Assembly (NCBI GenBank): GCA_033762295.1
Contig: JANRLW010000093.1
Location: 1 to 64,000 of the forward strand
Source: Capsulimonadales bacterium
GTDB taxonomy: Bacteria; Armatimonadota; Armatimonadia; Armatimonadales; Armatimonadaceae
Direction of reading: 5' to 3'
DNA length: 64,000 nt
Part shown: positions 19,456-30,170 of the stretch, piece after piece
How positions within the stretch are numbered: position 1 is the first letter of the stretch
Layout: every line of letters starts with the position of its first letter
Notes under the pieces: generated by a model
The model's input: the letters and a program-made list of their open reading frames with translations, nothing else
Told to the model about the DNA's origin: nothing
The model's database searches: none
Position numbers and translations under genes: made by a program

Positions 19456-22196
19456 TCCGGTCGCGCGGCCGGGACTTTGCCTCGCACCGGCGCCGGCGGC
19501 TCGCTGCGTACGCCCCGGACGCTCTTCCAGAGCAGGCGGTTCATCAGGACAGGGTCCGCGCTGTCCGGACGTTTCAGGTCCATTTTGGCCGAGGCCGCGA
19601 GGAGCCTCTCCCACTCCGAACCGGGCGCACCCGCCGTCACCTTCTCCTGAAAGATCGACGGCGACGGCATGATCGCCGTGAAGGGCGCATCGTTGCTCGG
19701 AGCGCTGTCCCAGACGTCGAAGTGATCGGCGATGGCATCGTACTGGCTCAACGGGGGAAGGCCGAGCAACAGTTCCATCGTCCTCAGAACGCTGTCCGTG
19801 TTGTAGAACCGGTGATCGACCGTCCCTTTTTTCACCCACGGGCTGATAACCAGACAGGGTGAGCGGTGCGTATCGATATGATCCGGGCCGTCCTGCGCGT
19901 CATCCTCGATCACGAAGACCGCGGAACTCTTCCAGATCGGGCTTTTCGACAGCAGTTCGACAAACTGGCCGATGGCGTAATCGTTGTCGGCGACGTAGGC
20001 GCGGGGTGTGGGTGCGCCTTTGGACAGGCCGTTGGTATGGTCGTTGCAAAAGCGGACCATGACGAACGCCGGGTAACTCTCGCCGGTCGGGTCCTTCGCC
20101 ATGAACTGATCGAACTCGTTTTTGAACTCCAGGAAGCGGCAGGTGGCTTTATGCTTGCCGTAGGTCTCCATTTTGAACGGCGCACCCGCCCGGAGCGGCC
20201 CTTCGCTGTCGGCGTAATCCATGTCGTAGCGACGGAAATCGTAATCGGTGATCCCGGCGAGGTCGTGCCCCTCCGGCTGCAGTCCGGCATGGGCGGGATA
20301 GTTATCCGGGACGACCGGCGCGGTCCCCGCCGAGAGGCCGAATCCGTAATTCCGGTATGGCAGCCCGGCCCGCTTCACGGCATCCCAGATACCGCCGTTC
20401 GGACCGTCGGCGATGTCGACGATCGGGGGCATGGCTCCGAGGATCGACAGCGTCTTGCCATCGACGTCCCTGGCCGGGTGTCCGCCGACGAGGTAACCGT
20501 TGTTCTGGCCTTCGAAATCGTAGCGTGATTCGGCGGAACGACCGGAGTAGTTATAGGGCAGGTTTTTGATGACATACTCGTTGGCGTAGGAACGGGTGGA
20601 CCAGGTCCAGCCGTCGCCGCTCGCCTCTCCGGAAACGAAGAACCGGTCGAACAGCGCGAAGCGGCGCACGATCGCGTGAACGTTCGGCGTGACTTCCTCT
20701 CCGAAGAGGGTCAGGTTCGGGTCGCCGTCGCCGAGGGGACGCCCGTTTTCGTCCTTCAGGTCGCCGAGAACCTGATCGTAGGTCCGGTTCTCGCGGACGA
20801 TGTAGAAGACGTGTTTGATCTTCCCGGCTTTGCGCCCGAACCGGGCCAGCGGGTTGGTTTTCGGGCGCACCATGCTCTGCGCGATACGCGCATCCTGCAG
20901 CACCTGGCGGGTGAGAGCCGGCAGGGCTTGCGGGGTCGGCAGGTCGATCCACTGCACGGTCCCTTCGATCATCATCAGGTCGTAGAAGTTGTCGTCGGAC
21001 TTGCGCCGCGGATCGTAGGGGGTGAAGGTCGGGTTGGGAAGGCGTCGGTCGATCCCCTTGGCGTTGGCGACGAGCAGTCGCCGGTTATTAGGCAGGGCGG
21101 CGACGCCGGTCGGGTACCACCCGGTCGGAAGAAAGCCAAGAACCCGGCGCGTTCGCACATCGACCTGCGCGACGGCGTTGAGATCGCCGCAGGCGACGTA
21201 CAGGGTCGATTCGTCGGGAGAGAGCGCCAGTCCGACGGGCGAGACGCCCGGCAGGTCGGCGACGGTCTCCGGGCGCAGTTTTATCGTGCCGATCACCTTG
21301 CGGGAGGGGACATCCAGGATGGAGACGGTATCTGCGGTCGCGTTGGCCACGTAAAGCCGGGACTGGTCGGCATTGAAGAGGAGAGCGCAGGGATGCCCGC
21401 CGGTTTCGATACTTGCGAGCAGGGTCGGTGGCTGTGTCGGGGTAACGTTGCCGGTCGCCAGAGCGTAGACGCGCCCGTCCCGCTGGCTGGTGACGAAGAC
21501 GACACTGCCGTCGTTGAGGGCGGCGATGGCGAAGGGATAGTTCGGCAGCGGGGAGATCGATCCGAAGTCGAAGCGATGGATCTCTTTCTTCGTCGTGAGA
21601 TCGTACACGGAGACGGTTCCGTGCTCCCGGACGGGGGCCAATCCCTTCATCGTGGCGAAGACGGACGGTGTGTTATTGGCGACGAAGAGGCGATTACCGG
21701 CCACGGCCACACCGGCCGGCGTATCGCCGGGCTGTAATTTGCGAATATCCTCCTTGCGTGGTCCGTCGATGGTCGCGGTGCGGGAGAGGGTTTTGCCGTC
21801 GGCGGTCAGCGAGAGGACGACGACGGCGTCGTTCCCGCCCTGTCCGGCATAGACGGTATAGGAACCGTCGGAGTTACGAACGGCGGCGAGACCGTAGTAC
21901 AGTCCGTCGCGCGACCCCTGCGGGAAGAGGAGGGAAGCGGTTTTCGCACCGGAGTTCAGATCGAAGACGGTTAAATATTGTCGGAAGCCGATATCGGACA
22001 CCAGAGCGAACCGGCGATCCGGTGTGACGATGACGTTGATCGGCATCGAACCGACGTCGGTTTTGGTCCCGGTCGGCGAGATGAAGCGACCGGTGACCAG
22101 CGGGTCCTGCGCCCGCGCCGGGGTCGTTCCCGTCACGGCAAGGAGGCCGCCGAGGGCAAAAAAGAGCGAAAAATCGATGCGCCGGTCCTGTTTCAC
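19446..22196 (-). CDS. Secreted YVTN/YncE beta-propeller plus alkaline-phosphatase-superfamily phosphoesterase
   Basis: GTG 22196 with GGAGA SD; signal peptide; LYVANA and PTGWYPT blades; IKHVFYIVRENRTYDQVLGD, NDHT, EDDAQDGPDHID. Confidence 0.85.
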   Translation of the reverse strand: MKQDRRIDFSLFFALGGLLAVTGTTPARAQDPLVTGRFISPTGTKTDVGSMPINVIVTPDRRFALVSDIGFRQYLTVFDLNSGAKTASLLFPQGSRDGLYYGLAAVRNSDGSYTVYAGQGGNDAVVVLSLTADGKTLSRTATIDGPRKEDIRKLQPGDTPAGVAVAGNRLFVANNTPSVFATMKGLAPVREHGTVSVYDLTTKKEIHRFDFGSISPLPNYPFAIAALNDGSVVFVTSQRDGRVYALATGNVTPTQPPTLLASIETGGHPCALLFNADQSRLYVANATADTVSILDVPSRKVIGTIKLRPETVADLPGVSPVGLALSPDESTLYVACGDLNAVAQVDVRTRRVLGFLPTGWYPTGVAALPNNRRLLVANAKGIDRRLPNPTFTPYDPRRKSDDNFYDLMMIEGTVQWIDLPTPQALPALTRQVLQDARIAQSMVRPKTNPLARFGRKAGKIKHVFYIVRENRTYDQVLGDLKDENGRPLGDGDPNLTLFGEEVTPNVHAIVRRFALFDRFFVSGEASGDGWTWSTRSYANEYVIKNLPYNYSGRSAESRYDFEGQNNGYLVGGHPARDVDGKTLSILGAMPPIVDIADGPNGGIWDAVKRAGLPYRNYGFGLSAGTAPVVPDNYPAHAGLQPEGHDLAGITDYDFRRYDMDYADSEGPLRAGAPFKMETYGKHKATCRFLEFKNEFDQFMAKDPTGESYPAFVMVRFCNDHTNGLSKGAPTPRAYVADNDYAIGQFVELLSKSPIWKSSAVFVIEDDAQDGPDHIDTHRSPCLVISPWVKKGTVDHRFYNTDSVLRTMELLLGLPPLSQYDAIADHFDVWDSAPSNDAPFTAIMPSPSIFQEKVTAGAPGSEWERLLAASAKMDLKRPDSADPVLMNRLLWKSVRGVRSEPPAPVRGKVPAARPDRD

Positions 22197-22239
22197 GTTC
22201 CGTTCTCCCTGAAAAATCCGAAGGAAGGGATTCAGGGAC

Positions 22240-22272
22240 ATTGTGCCGCATCCTTGTTAAGCCAAGATTAAG
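22240..22272 (-). promoter_or_regulatory. Pho-box-like direct repeat with -10 element for the phosphoesterase gene
   Basis: Minus strand CTTAATcttggCTTAAC (11-bp period), CACAAT 15 nt after the second TTAA. Confidence 0.6.
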
Positions 22273-23269
22273 AGGCTTTCCTCAGGGTGTCCGTCCGAAC
22301 GGGGTTTGTGAAAAACGGACGCTCCGTCCCGCAGTTCGCACAGGCCGCAAAAAATTGGTCTCCCTGTTTTCGGATCTTCTCCGGCTGTTCGCAAACGGTA
22401 CACAGTCGGCGAATCTGCGTATTCCCCTCGCATACCTGACATTTTGCGTAGTAGCCGAACTTACCAAACAGGATGACCACCTGTGAACTTTGACAATGAC
22501 GGCAGGTCAGCACAGGAACGGGTTCGTCAGGCGGGGTAAATGGAACCGCCGGGGTTGAAGCCGGGGGGGAGGGTTCCGTGACACTCTCGAACGATTCTTT
22601 TTGCGGTCCTTGCCTCAACGGACGATGTTCGCGGAGCAAAAAGGTCGATACCCGCTCGATCTCGTCCTGTGAAAGGGACCATCCCCCCTCCGTCACGTTC
22701 GGATTGAAGAGGCTATCGGCTTTTCGGTGACGCTGAAATGTCGCATGAACCTGATCGGTAATCTGATCCGCTTTGACCACCTGAGGCAGGGGCAACTTTT
22801 TCGGTCGATCAATGATGCCGGAATCCGAAATGGAGACCAGTACATCGATGTTCATGGAAACAAAGCCTTTTTGAACCATTCCGAAGAGAGCCTTGTTTCG
22901 CAGTACCTCCCGATGTGCCTGAAGATACTGGCGAAGGAACGCGCCCTGACGTTCCGCCTGACGGATCGGAGACGGCATGCCCTGCCAGGAAGCGTTCCAA
23001 AAACGCGACCACTCTTCCTGTTCGTTGACACGAATCCTGCTGGCCACGCTTTTGCTCTCGATAATCAGGAGGCCGAAGCGGTGCAGGATGAGATGATCGA
23101 CCTGAGCGGCATCCCCGTCCCGTTCCAGCCTCAGGCCATTGAATACCCTCAGGTCCGGTGAATCGGCGAAGGCCCGTCGCAGGTAGAAGGACAGATCCTC
23201 CTCCGCCTTTCGACCGGCGCGAGCCAGGGAATCCGTCGATGTAAAAGTATCCAGTTCTTTTACGATCAT
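22268..23269 (-). CDS. NERD (nuclease-related) domain protein with C-terminal Zn-ribbon motifs
   Basis: AGRKAEE, QVDHLILHRFGLLIIESK, SPIRQAERQ; CRHC/CQVC/CTVC/CANC. Confidence 0.85.
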   Translation of the reverse strand: MIVKELDTFTSTDSLARAGRKAEEDLSFYLRRAFADSPDLRVFNGLRLERDGDAAQVDHLILHRFGLLIIESKSVASRIRVNEQEEWSRFWNASWQGMPSPIRQAERQGAFLRQYLQAHREVLRNKALFGMVQKGFVSMNIDVLVSISDSGIIDRPKKLPLPQVVKADQITDQVHATFQRHRKADSLFNPNVTEGGWSLSQDEIERVSTFLLREHRPLRQGPQKESFESVTEPSPPASTPAVPFTPPDEPVPVLTCRHCQSSQVVILFGKFGYYAKCQVCEGNTQIRRLCTVCEQPEKIRKQGDQFFAACANCGTERPFFTNPVRTDTLRKAS

Positions 23270-23604
23270 GAAGTGTAAAGCTCGCTTCCCTGTAAAATCG
23301 AATTTATTATCGGCTGGGGTTCTTTATTTCCGGATAGGGTTTTCGCCGGTATCCCCGGGGGCAGGGAAACAGCGACGGTTTTGCGGTTTTCGACGGTCGC
23401 GGAGTACGATGCGAACTAAAATGTCCGAATACGTGAAACCGGAACGGCGCGCCCGGGCGACATCGTTCGGAAAATTGCCGTCGCAACCGGACACTCGACA
23501 CCGGTTATTCGAATTTTCCGGCGCGGGCGTCCGATGCGCCCGATCTTGCCGCAGGGGAAAACGGACCGTGCGTGTAATAGAATGGAGAACGAAGTAGAAC
23601 GAAG

Positions 23605-26088
23605 ATGAACTCACTCTCCACTTTCTTTTGCGCATTACTCAGCGTCGCCTGCGTCGGGATGAGCCTCGCCGAACCGGTCGCGCCGCCGCGTTCGCCTGCC
23701 CCGACACCCCGGAAGATCGACTTCAACCGCGATATCCGCCCGATCCTTTCGGATAACTGCTTCGCCTGCCACGGACCGGACGAAAAGAAGCGGCAGGCGG
23801 ACCTCCGTCTGGACGAGCCGAACCGGGCGGTCGTTGCCGGCGATATCCTCGCCAGCGAACTGATCCGGAGAGTCAACCGACCGGTCGGCGATCCGCGACG
23901 GATGCCCCCCGCCGACTTCCATAAGACCCTGACCGCCGAACAGAAACGACACCTGATGCGCTGGATCGACGAGGGCGCGGTCTACAAAAAGCACTGGGCC
24001 TACGAACCGCCGGTCAAGTCCGCCGTTCCCGCCGGAATCAACCCTGTCGACTTTCTGGTCCGCAAACGTCTGGCCGAGGTCGGTCTGAAGCCGTCGCCAT
24101 CCGCTGACCGGAGAACCCTGATCCGCCGCCTGTCGTTCGACCTGATCGGTTTGCCGCCCACCCCCGCCGAGGTCGCGGCGTTCACGGCGGACCGATCTCC
24201 GAACGCGTACGGAAAACTGGTCGAACGACTCCTCGCCAGCCCGCACTACGGCGAACGGATGGCCCTCGGCTGGCTCGACATCGTCCGCTACGCCGACACC
24301 ATCGGCTACCACAGCGACAACCCGCGCAATGTCTGGCCCTATCGCGACTATGTGATCGCCTCCTTCAACGCCAACAAACCGTTCGATCGATTTACGCGCG
24401 AGCAACTGGCCGGCGATCTGCTGCCCGATGCCAGCCGGGAGACGCGGATCGGATCGGCGTTCAACCGGCTCCTCCTGACCACCGAGGAGGGCGGAGCGCA
24501 ACCGAAGGACTATGAGGCACGGTATCTGACCGACCGGGTGCGCGCCGTCGGCACCGTCTGGCTCGGACAGACCACCGGTTGCGCCCAGTGCCACGACCAC
24601 AAGTTCGACCCGATCCGGATGCGGGATTTCTACGCCCTGGGAGCGTACTTCGCCGATATCGAGGAAGCCATCGTCGGAGCGCGTGAACCGGGCCTGCTTC
24701 TGGCCGATGACGATCAATTGAAGGAACTCGCCCGACGAGAGGCGCGGGTCAGCGAACTCCGAAAACGCGTCGACGGACCGCACCCCGAACTGGCCGACGC
24801 GCAGGCCGCCTGGGAAAAGAGCGTCGTTACCGCGCCCGGAAAGACGCCCGGAGAGATCGTGGAAATCGCCAAGATCGCCCCGGAAACGCGAACCCCGGAT
24901 CAGTCCGCGAAATTGACCGCACACTTTACATCGGTCGCCCCGGAGCTTGCCGAACTACGAAGGGAGCGGGACGAGGCGCAGAAGGCGAGGGATGAGTACG
25001 ACCGATCCCTGCCGCGCTGCCTGGTGACCAACCGGAATCCACAGCCCCGAACGGTCCGCGTGCTGCCGCGCGGCAACTTCCTTGATGAAAGCGGGGAGAC
25101 GGTGCAACCCGCCACCCCGGCCTTCCTGCCCGCCGCGACCGGCGGAACCCGGCTCGATCTGGCGAATTGGCTGGTGAACCGCCGTAACCCGCTGACCGCG
25201 CGCACGGTGATGAACCGCCTCTGGAAACAGTTCTTCGGAACCCCGCTCAGCAAGGTGCCGGAGGACCTCGGGGCGCAGGGCGAACCGCCGACCAACCCGG
25301 AACTGCTCGACTGGCTCGCCTGTGAGTTCATGGACCGTGGGTGGGACATCAAGCATATGGTCCGCCTCCTGGTCAACAGCGCGACCTACCGACAGGTCTC
25401 GACCGCCTCGAAAACGCTGCTCGCCCGCGACCCGGACAACCGTGAGTACGCCCGCCAGAGCCGTTTCCGCCCCGAGGCCGAAATCGTCCGGGACAACGCC
25501 CTGTTCGTGGCCGGCCTGCTCTCCCCGAAGATCGGCGGCCCGAGCGTCAAACCCTACCAGCCGGACCGTTACTGGGAGAACCTGAATTTCCCGGTTCGAG
25601 AGTACGTTCCCGATACCGGCGAGAGTCAGTATCGGCGCGGTCTGTATGTCTGGTGGCAGAGAAGTTTCCTGCATCCCTCGCTGCTGGCGTTCGACGCTCC
25701 GAGCCGGGAGGAGTGTACCGCCGAACGCACCCGGTCCAACATCCCGCAGCAGGCGCTGGTTCTACTCAACGATCCGACCTATGTCGAAGCGGCGCGGGTG
25801 TTCGGTGCGCGTCTGGCGAACGAAGCGACGGGGACTCCCGGACAGAGGATCGTCTGGGGATGGCGTCAGGCGCTCCAGCGAACCCCCGATGCCCTGGAGG
25901 CGCGTACCCTTCTCGGCGTCTACGAACGACGGAAGGCGCAGTACGCCGCCGATCCCAACGCCGCGGACGCTCTGCTGAAAACGGGCCTTGCTCCGGTGCC
26001 GGCGACCGCCGCAAAGGCCGACCTCGCCGCCTGGACCCATGTCGCCCGTGTCCTGCTCAACCTGCACGAAACCATCACCCGTCCCTGA
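23605..26088 (+). CDS. Planctomycete cytochrome c + DUF1549/DUF1553 (PSD1) protein
   Basis: IRPILSDNCFACHG, HYGERMA..WLD..RYAD, CAQCHDHKFDP, LLNLHETIT. Confidence 0.92.
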   Translation: MNSLSTFFCALLSVACVGMSLAEPVAPPRSPAPTPRKIDFNRDIRPILSDNCFACHGPDEKKRQADLRLDEPNRAVVAGDILASELIRRVNRPVGDPRRMPPADFHKTLTAEQKRHLMRWIDEGAVYKKHWAYEPPVKSAVPAGINPVDFLVRKRLAEVGLKPSPSADRRTLIRRLSFDLIGLPPTPAEVAAFTADRSPNAYGKLVERLLASPHYGERMALGWLDIVRYADTIGYHSDNPRNVWPYRDYVIASFNANKPFDRFTREQLAGDLLPDASRETRIGSAFNRLLLTTEEGGAQPKDYEARYLTDRVRAVGTVWLGQTTGCAQCHDHKFDPIRMRDFYALGAYFADIEEAIVGAREPGLLLADDDQLKELARREARVSELRKRVDGPHPELADAQAAWEKSVVTAPGKTPGEIVEIAKIAPETRTPDQSAKLTAHFTSVAPELAELRRERDEAQKARDEYDRSLPRCLVTNRNPQPRTVRVLPRGNFLDESGETVQPATPAFLPAATGGTRLDLANWLVNRRNPLTARTVMNRLWKQFFGTPLSKVPEDLGAQGEPPTNPELLDWLACEFMDRGWDIKHMVRLLVNSATYRQVSTASKTLLARDPDNREYARQSRFRPEAEIVRDNALFVAGLLSPKIGGPSVKPYQPDRYWENLNFPVREYVPDTGESQYRRGLYVWWQRSFLHPSLLAFDAPSREECTAERTRSNIPQQALVLLNDPTYVEAARVFGARLANEATGTPGQRIVWGWRQALQRTPDALEARTLLGVYERRKAQYAADPNAADALLKTGLAPVPATAAKADLAAWTHVARVLLNLHETITRP

Positions 26089-26108
26089 TACGAAGAGAAC
26101 GAGACGTT

Positions 26109-27518
26109 ATGACCATACATTCCGAATTGAGACAGTTTCGCGCCCAACAGATGACCCGGCGCACGCTGCTCGGAAAAACGGCGCAGGGACTGGGCGCGCT
26201 TGCCCTCGCCTCGCTGGAGTCGCCCCTGTTCGCGCAGAGCGTCGTGTCCCTGCCGCAAAGGGCGAAGCGGGTGATCTGGCTGACGATGGCCGGTGGACCG
26301 TCGCACCTGGAAACGTTCGACCCGAAGCCGAAACTCGCGGACATGCACGGCCAGCCGATGCCGGAAAGTCTGACCAAGGGCCAGCAGATCGCGCAGTTAC
26401 AGGGGCAGAAACTGATCTGCTTCGCGCCACAGCATCCGTTCGCGGCCTACGGCAAAAATAAAACCGAGATCTGCTCGCTCTTTCCGCAGATCGGTTCGAT
26501 TCTCGATGAGATCTGCCTGGTCCGCTCGATGACGACGGAGGCGATCAACCACGATCCGGCGCATATGTTCATGAACACCGGATCGCAGATCGCCGGTCGT
26601 CCGAGCATGGGCGCCTGGGTCACGTACGGCCTGGGCAGCCTGGCAAAGGACCTGCCCGGCTTCGTCGTGCTGACGTCGCTCGGACAGGGCGGCCAGAACC
26701 AGCCGATCGCGGCGCGACAGTGGAGCAGCGGGTTCCTGCCGAGCAAGTACCAGGGAGTCCAGCTGCGCGGCAAGGGGGATCCGGTCCTCTATCTGGGCAA
26801 CCCGCCGGGGGTCACCCGCGAACGTCAGGCGGAGGATATCCGGGCGATTAACGCGCTGAACCGGAAGTATGACGCGGTGGTCGATGACCCGGAGATCGCA
26901 ACACGGATCGCGCAGTACGAACTGGCGTTCAAAATGCAGGCCAGCGTCCCGGCGTTGATGGACCTGTCGAAGGAAACCCGCGAGACGCTGGAGTTGTACG
27001 GCTGTCAGCCCGGCGACGGTTCGTTCGCCTCCAACTGCCTGCTTGCCCGACGGCTTGCGGAAAAGGGCGTTCGGTTCATCCAGCTCTATCACAAGGACTG
27101 GGACCATCACGGCGATATCAAAGTCGGGATCGAGCAGAAGGCTCAGGAGATCGACCGGGCGTGTATGGCGCTGGTCACCGACCTGAAGCGGCGCGGGATG
27201 CTCGACGAGACGCTGGTCGTCTGGGCGGGCGAGTTCGGGCGAACTCCGATGTCACAGGGTAACGGACGCGACCACCACAACAAAGCGATGTCGGTCTGGC
27301 TGGCCGGAGCGGGTGTGCGCCCCGGTATGGTCTACGGCGCGACCGACGAACTCGGCTATGCGGCGACGGAGAATATCGCCACCGTCCACGACCTGCACGC
27401 CACCATGCTGGATCGGCTCGGCATCCGCCACGAAACCTTCTCCGTCAAGTTCCAGGGACTCGACGCCCGCCTGACCGGCGTCGAACCGGCCCACGTCCTG
27501 AAGGATATTCTGTTGTAA
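26109..27518 (+). CDS. DUF1501 protein (sulfatase-like fold, twin-arginine-like leader)
   Basis: MTRRTLL, GGPSHLETFDPKP, WDHH, GEFGRTP, GRDHH. Confidence 0.9.
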   Translation: MTIHSELRQFRAQQMTRRTLLGKTAQGLGALALASLESPLFAQSVVSLPQRAKRVIWLTMAGGPSHLETFDPKPKLADMHGQPMPESLTKGQQIAQLQGQKLICFAPQHPFAAYGKNKTEICSLFPQIGSILDEICLVRSMTTEAINHDPAHMFMNTGSQIAGRPSMGAWVTYGLGSLAKDLPGFVVLTSLGQGGQNQPIAARQWSSGFLPSKYQGVQLRGKGDPVLYLGNPPGVTRERQAEDIRAINALNRKYDAVVDDPEIATRIAQYELAFKMQASVPALMDLSKETRETLELYGCQPGDGSFASNCLLARRLAEKGVRFIQLYHKDWDHHGDIKVGIEQKAQEIDRACMALVTDLKRRGMLDETLVVWAGEFGRTPMSQGNGRDHHNKAMSVWLAGAGVRPGMVYGATDELGYAATENIATVHDLHATMLDRLGIRHETFSVKFQGLDARLTGVEPAHVLKDILL

Positions 27519-27551
27519 CCGACCGACGGCGACCCGAAGATGCAAACCCCG

Positions 27552-28436
27552 TCAGGAGGTGCGGTGTTTCGCGCCGATATTGGCGGAGTGGGCGAGGGCT
27601 TCGATCCAGCGGTCGCGCCAGAGTTCGTAGTCGGTGAGGACCGAACCGGGGTTGGCGATGCTTCGGGCGACGAACTCCGGCCACCAGGCGCGACCGGTCG
27701 GCTGGCCCGTCGGCTGATAGCGCAGGTCCAGACTCCAGCGGACGCCGTCGGTGAAGTTGGGCGTCGAACGGTGCGGCGTCAGGCGGTGCATGAAAACGAC
27801 CCCGCCCTTTTTCACCGGAACCGGCAGCGGCGCGACGTCCGGCATCGCCTCCTCTTTGATCGTCGCTCCGCCCGGTCCCGCCCGGTGCGGCAGCAGTCCC
27901 GTTTTGAAGACCCCCGGCAGCACCTCCATGCAACCGTTCTCCACCGTCGCGTCGGCCAGGGCGACCCAGCAGGTAAGGATATTCGATTCGTCGGCGTCCT
28001 CGGTCGTCACCCCCAGGTCCTGATGCCAGGGGACGTTGTAGTAGTTGTTGCCCATCTCGGCGGACGGTACTTTCGCACGGATATGCTGGATCGGGTTGCA
28101 GGTGATTTCGGACGTTCCGAGCAGCGATTCCACGGCATCGAGGAGGTTGTCGCAACGGAGAAACTCGAAGAGGGCGCGTCCCCGGACGTACATGACATCC
28201 ATGCTCTTTTCGATCTCCGTCGATTGCTCGTAGAGCCGGGCGAACCGTTTCTCGAACGTCTCCTCGGGGAACAGGTCTCCGATTTTGCCTTCGGCATGGA
28301 GGGCGCGGGCGCGGGCGTCGATCCACGCCTCGTATTCGGCGATGACCGGGGCGAGATTGTCGTCGGTCACCACCCCCTCGGCGGCCAGAACGCCGTTCTC
28401 CTGAAACTGTCGTACCTGTTCATCCGTTAATGGCAT
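27552..28436 (-). CDS. Phytanoyl-CoA dioxygenase (PhyH) family Fe/2OG oxygenase
   Basis: PWHQD, WVALADATVENGCM, PHRSTPN, RWSLDLRY. Confidence 0.88.
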   Translation of the reverse strand: MPLTDEQVRQFQENGVLAAEGVVTDDNLAPVIAEYEAWIDARARALHAEGKIGDLFPEETFEKRFARLYEQSTEIEKSMDVMYVRGRALFEFLRCDNLLDAVESLLGTSEITCNPIQHIRAKVPSAEMGNNYYNVPWHQDLGVTTEDADESNILTCWVALADATVENGCMEVLPGVFKTGLLPHRAGPGGATIKEEAMPDVAPLPVPVKKGGVVFMHRLTPHRSTPNFTDGVRWSLDLRYQPTGQPTGRAWWPEFVARSIANPGSVLTDYELWRDRWIEALAHSANIGAKHRTS

Positions 28437-28514
28437 GGTGTTTTCCTTTCCGCAATCTCCGAAACCTATCAGAGAATGGTTGGAGAGACGAACGGTATTT
28501 CCCTCCTCGATGAG

Positions 28515-30041
28515 TTATGAGTGGGCGTAACGGGCTTCGATGGCACGGGCGAGACGGACGAACGGCCAGCCGAGAACGAAGTAGACAAGAGCGGTCAGCA
28601 GGCCGAGACCGAGGAAGTCGAAGTGGATCATCGCCAGTTCGCCGAACGCTTTGGTCAGTTCGACCATGGTGATGACCGAGACGATGGATGAGTCTTTGAG
28701 GAGGGAGACGAAATCGTTGGTGACCGGCGGAATGGTCAGGCGCAGCGCCTGCGGTAGCAGGATATGACGGAACGTCTCCCAGGCGGTCATCCCCTCGACG
28801 CCCGCCGCCTCTCGCTGGTCGCGCGGCACCGATTGCAGACCCGCCCGATAGTTTTCCGCCTCGTAGGCGGCGTAGTTCAGACCCAGTCCGATGACCGCCG
28901 CGACGAAGGGAGTGAGCGATAGCCCGACCCGTGGCAGGCCGTAGTAGATCAGGTAAAGCTGGATCAGCAGGGGCGTTCCGCGAAACGCCTCGATATAGGT
29001 CCGGGCCAACGCCCGGATCGGCGGCGGTCCGTAGAGCGAGGCCAGCGCCAGAGGGATACCCAGCGCCATCGCGACCAGCATCGCCGTCACGGACAGCAGG
29101 ACGGTCATGCCCGCGCCACGCGTCAAGAGGATTGGAAGATAGACGAAAACATACTTTCGAAGACGATCGTTCAGGGTGGGCGGCGTAAAGGTGGACGCGC
29201 GATATTGCAACAGGATCTCGCCGGTGGCGGCGGTGTCCCCGGTGAAGGCGGCGGGCGTCTCCGGAAAGCGTTCCTGAAAGAGTCGGCGCGTTTCCTCGTT
29301 CCAGAGGCCCCACTTCTGATACGACCGGCGCAGTTCGCCCGACCGGATGACCTCCTCCAGGGCGGCATCGATCTTCGTCCGCAGCGCCTCGTCCGTCCGG
29401 CGAAGCGCGATGCCGTAGCGCATATACCCGATCGGCTTTCCGACACTTTTCAGACGGGCGGGGTCGGCGCAGTACAGAGCGATCGGGAAGTCCATCAGGA
29501 CGGCGGAAGTGCGTCCGAGGGCAAGGTCCTCATAGGCGGTATCCTGATCGTCGTAGGTGGCGATGTCGATGTTCGCTCCCCGCGCGTTTTCCTGTTCCAG
29601 GTATCGCTGAGCGAGCGAAGCCTTCAGCGTCCCGACCTTTCGGCCCTTCAGGTCGGCGAGTGATTGGACATCGTGGGTGTCGATACGGACGGTCAACTGT
29701 TCGGCGGTCGCATAGTAGGGAAGCGAGAACAGAACCTCTTTTTCGCGGTCGGGGGTGATCTCGATCCCGTTGAGAACGATATCGTAGTTCCTCGTCGCCA
29801 GTCCGGGGATCAGACCGTCCCACTGGTTCTGCACGAAGACCGGGGGGCGTCCGAGCCGTCGGGCCAGCATCGCGGCCAGATCGACCTCGAAGCCGACCGT
29901 GCGCGTCGGGTCCTTCGCGTCCTTGAAGATGTACGGCGCGCCGCCCTGAGCATCGCCGCCCCAGCGCAGCGGCTCCTGTGCCCGGACGGAGGAGGCGACC
30001 AGGAGCCACACGAAGAGGAGGTAGGCGGCACGACATTTCAT
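28515..30041 (-). CDS. Polar amino acid ABC transporter, fused substrate-binding and permease protein
   Basis: GFEVDLA, WDGLIPGL; FRGTPLLIQL, AYEAENYRAG, LLKDSS. Confidence 0.9.
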   Translation of the reverse strand: MKCRAAYLLFVWLLVASSVRAQEPLRWGGDAQGGAPYIFKDAKDPTRTVGFEVDLAAMLARRLGRPPVFVQNQWDGLIPGLATRNYDIVLNGIEITPDREKEVLFSLPYYATAEQLTVRIDTHDVQSLADLKGRKVGTLKASLAQRYLEQENARGANIDIATYDDQDTAYEDLALGRTSAVLMDFPIALYCADPARLKSVGKPIGYMRYGIALRRTDEALRTKIDAALEEVIRSGELRRSYQKWGLWNEETRRLFQERFPETPAAFTGDTAATGEILLQYRASTFTPPTLNDRLRKYVFVYLPILLTRGAGMTVLLSVTAMLVAMALGIPLALASLYGPPPIRALARTYIEAFRGTPLLIQLYLIYYGLPRVGLSLTPFVAAVIGLGLNYAAYEAENYRAGLQSVPRDQREAAGVEGMTAWETFRHILLPQALRLTIPPVTNDFVSLLKDSSIVSVITMVELTKAFGELAMIHFDFLGLGLLTALVYFVLGWPFVRLARAIEARYAHS

Positions 30042-30142
30042 CAGGGTTCGTTGCGCATTGTACGATACCTCGCAGGAGATTTGAAAGGGGGAGGAGAAAG
30101 GAACTTCCCCGAGTCCGAACCACGGTGAACGAAGAGGCGAAC

Positions 30143-30170
30143 GGAGATGCGACTGGAGATGCGACTGGAG
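30143..30170 (+). repeat. 12-bp tandem duplication containing the start codon
   Basis: GGAGATGCGACT x2 + GGAG. Confidence 0.85.

Noticed and set aside
23270..23604. Structured RNA in the NERD/PSD1 intergenic region
   Set aside because: Only weak, scattered complementarity (TTCCCTG/CAGGGAA); no terminator or recognisable motif
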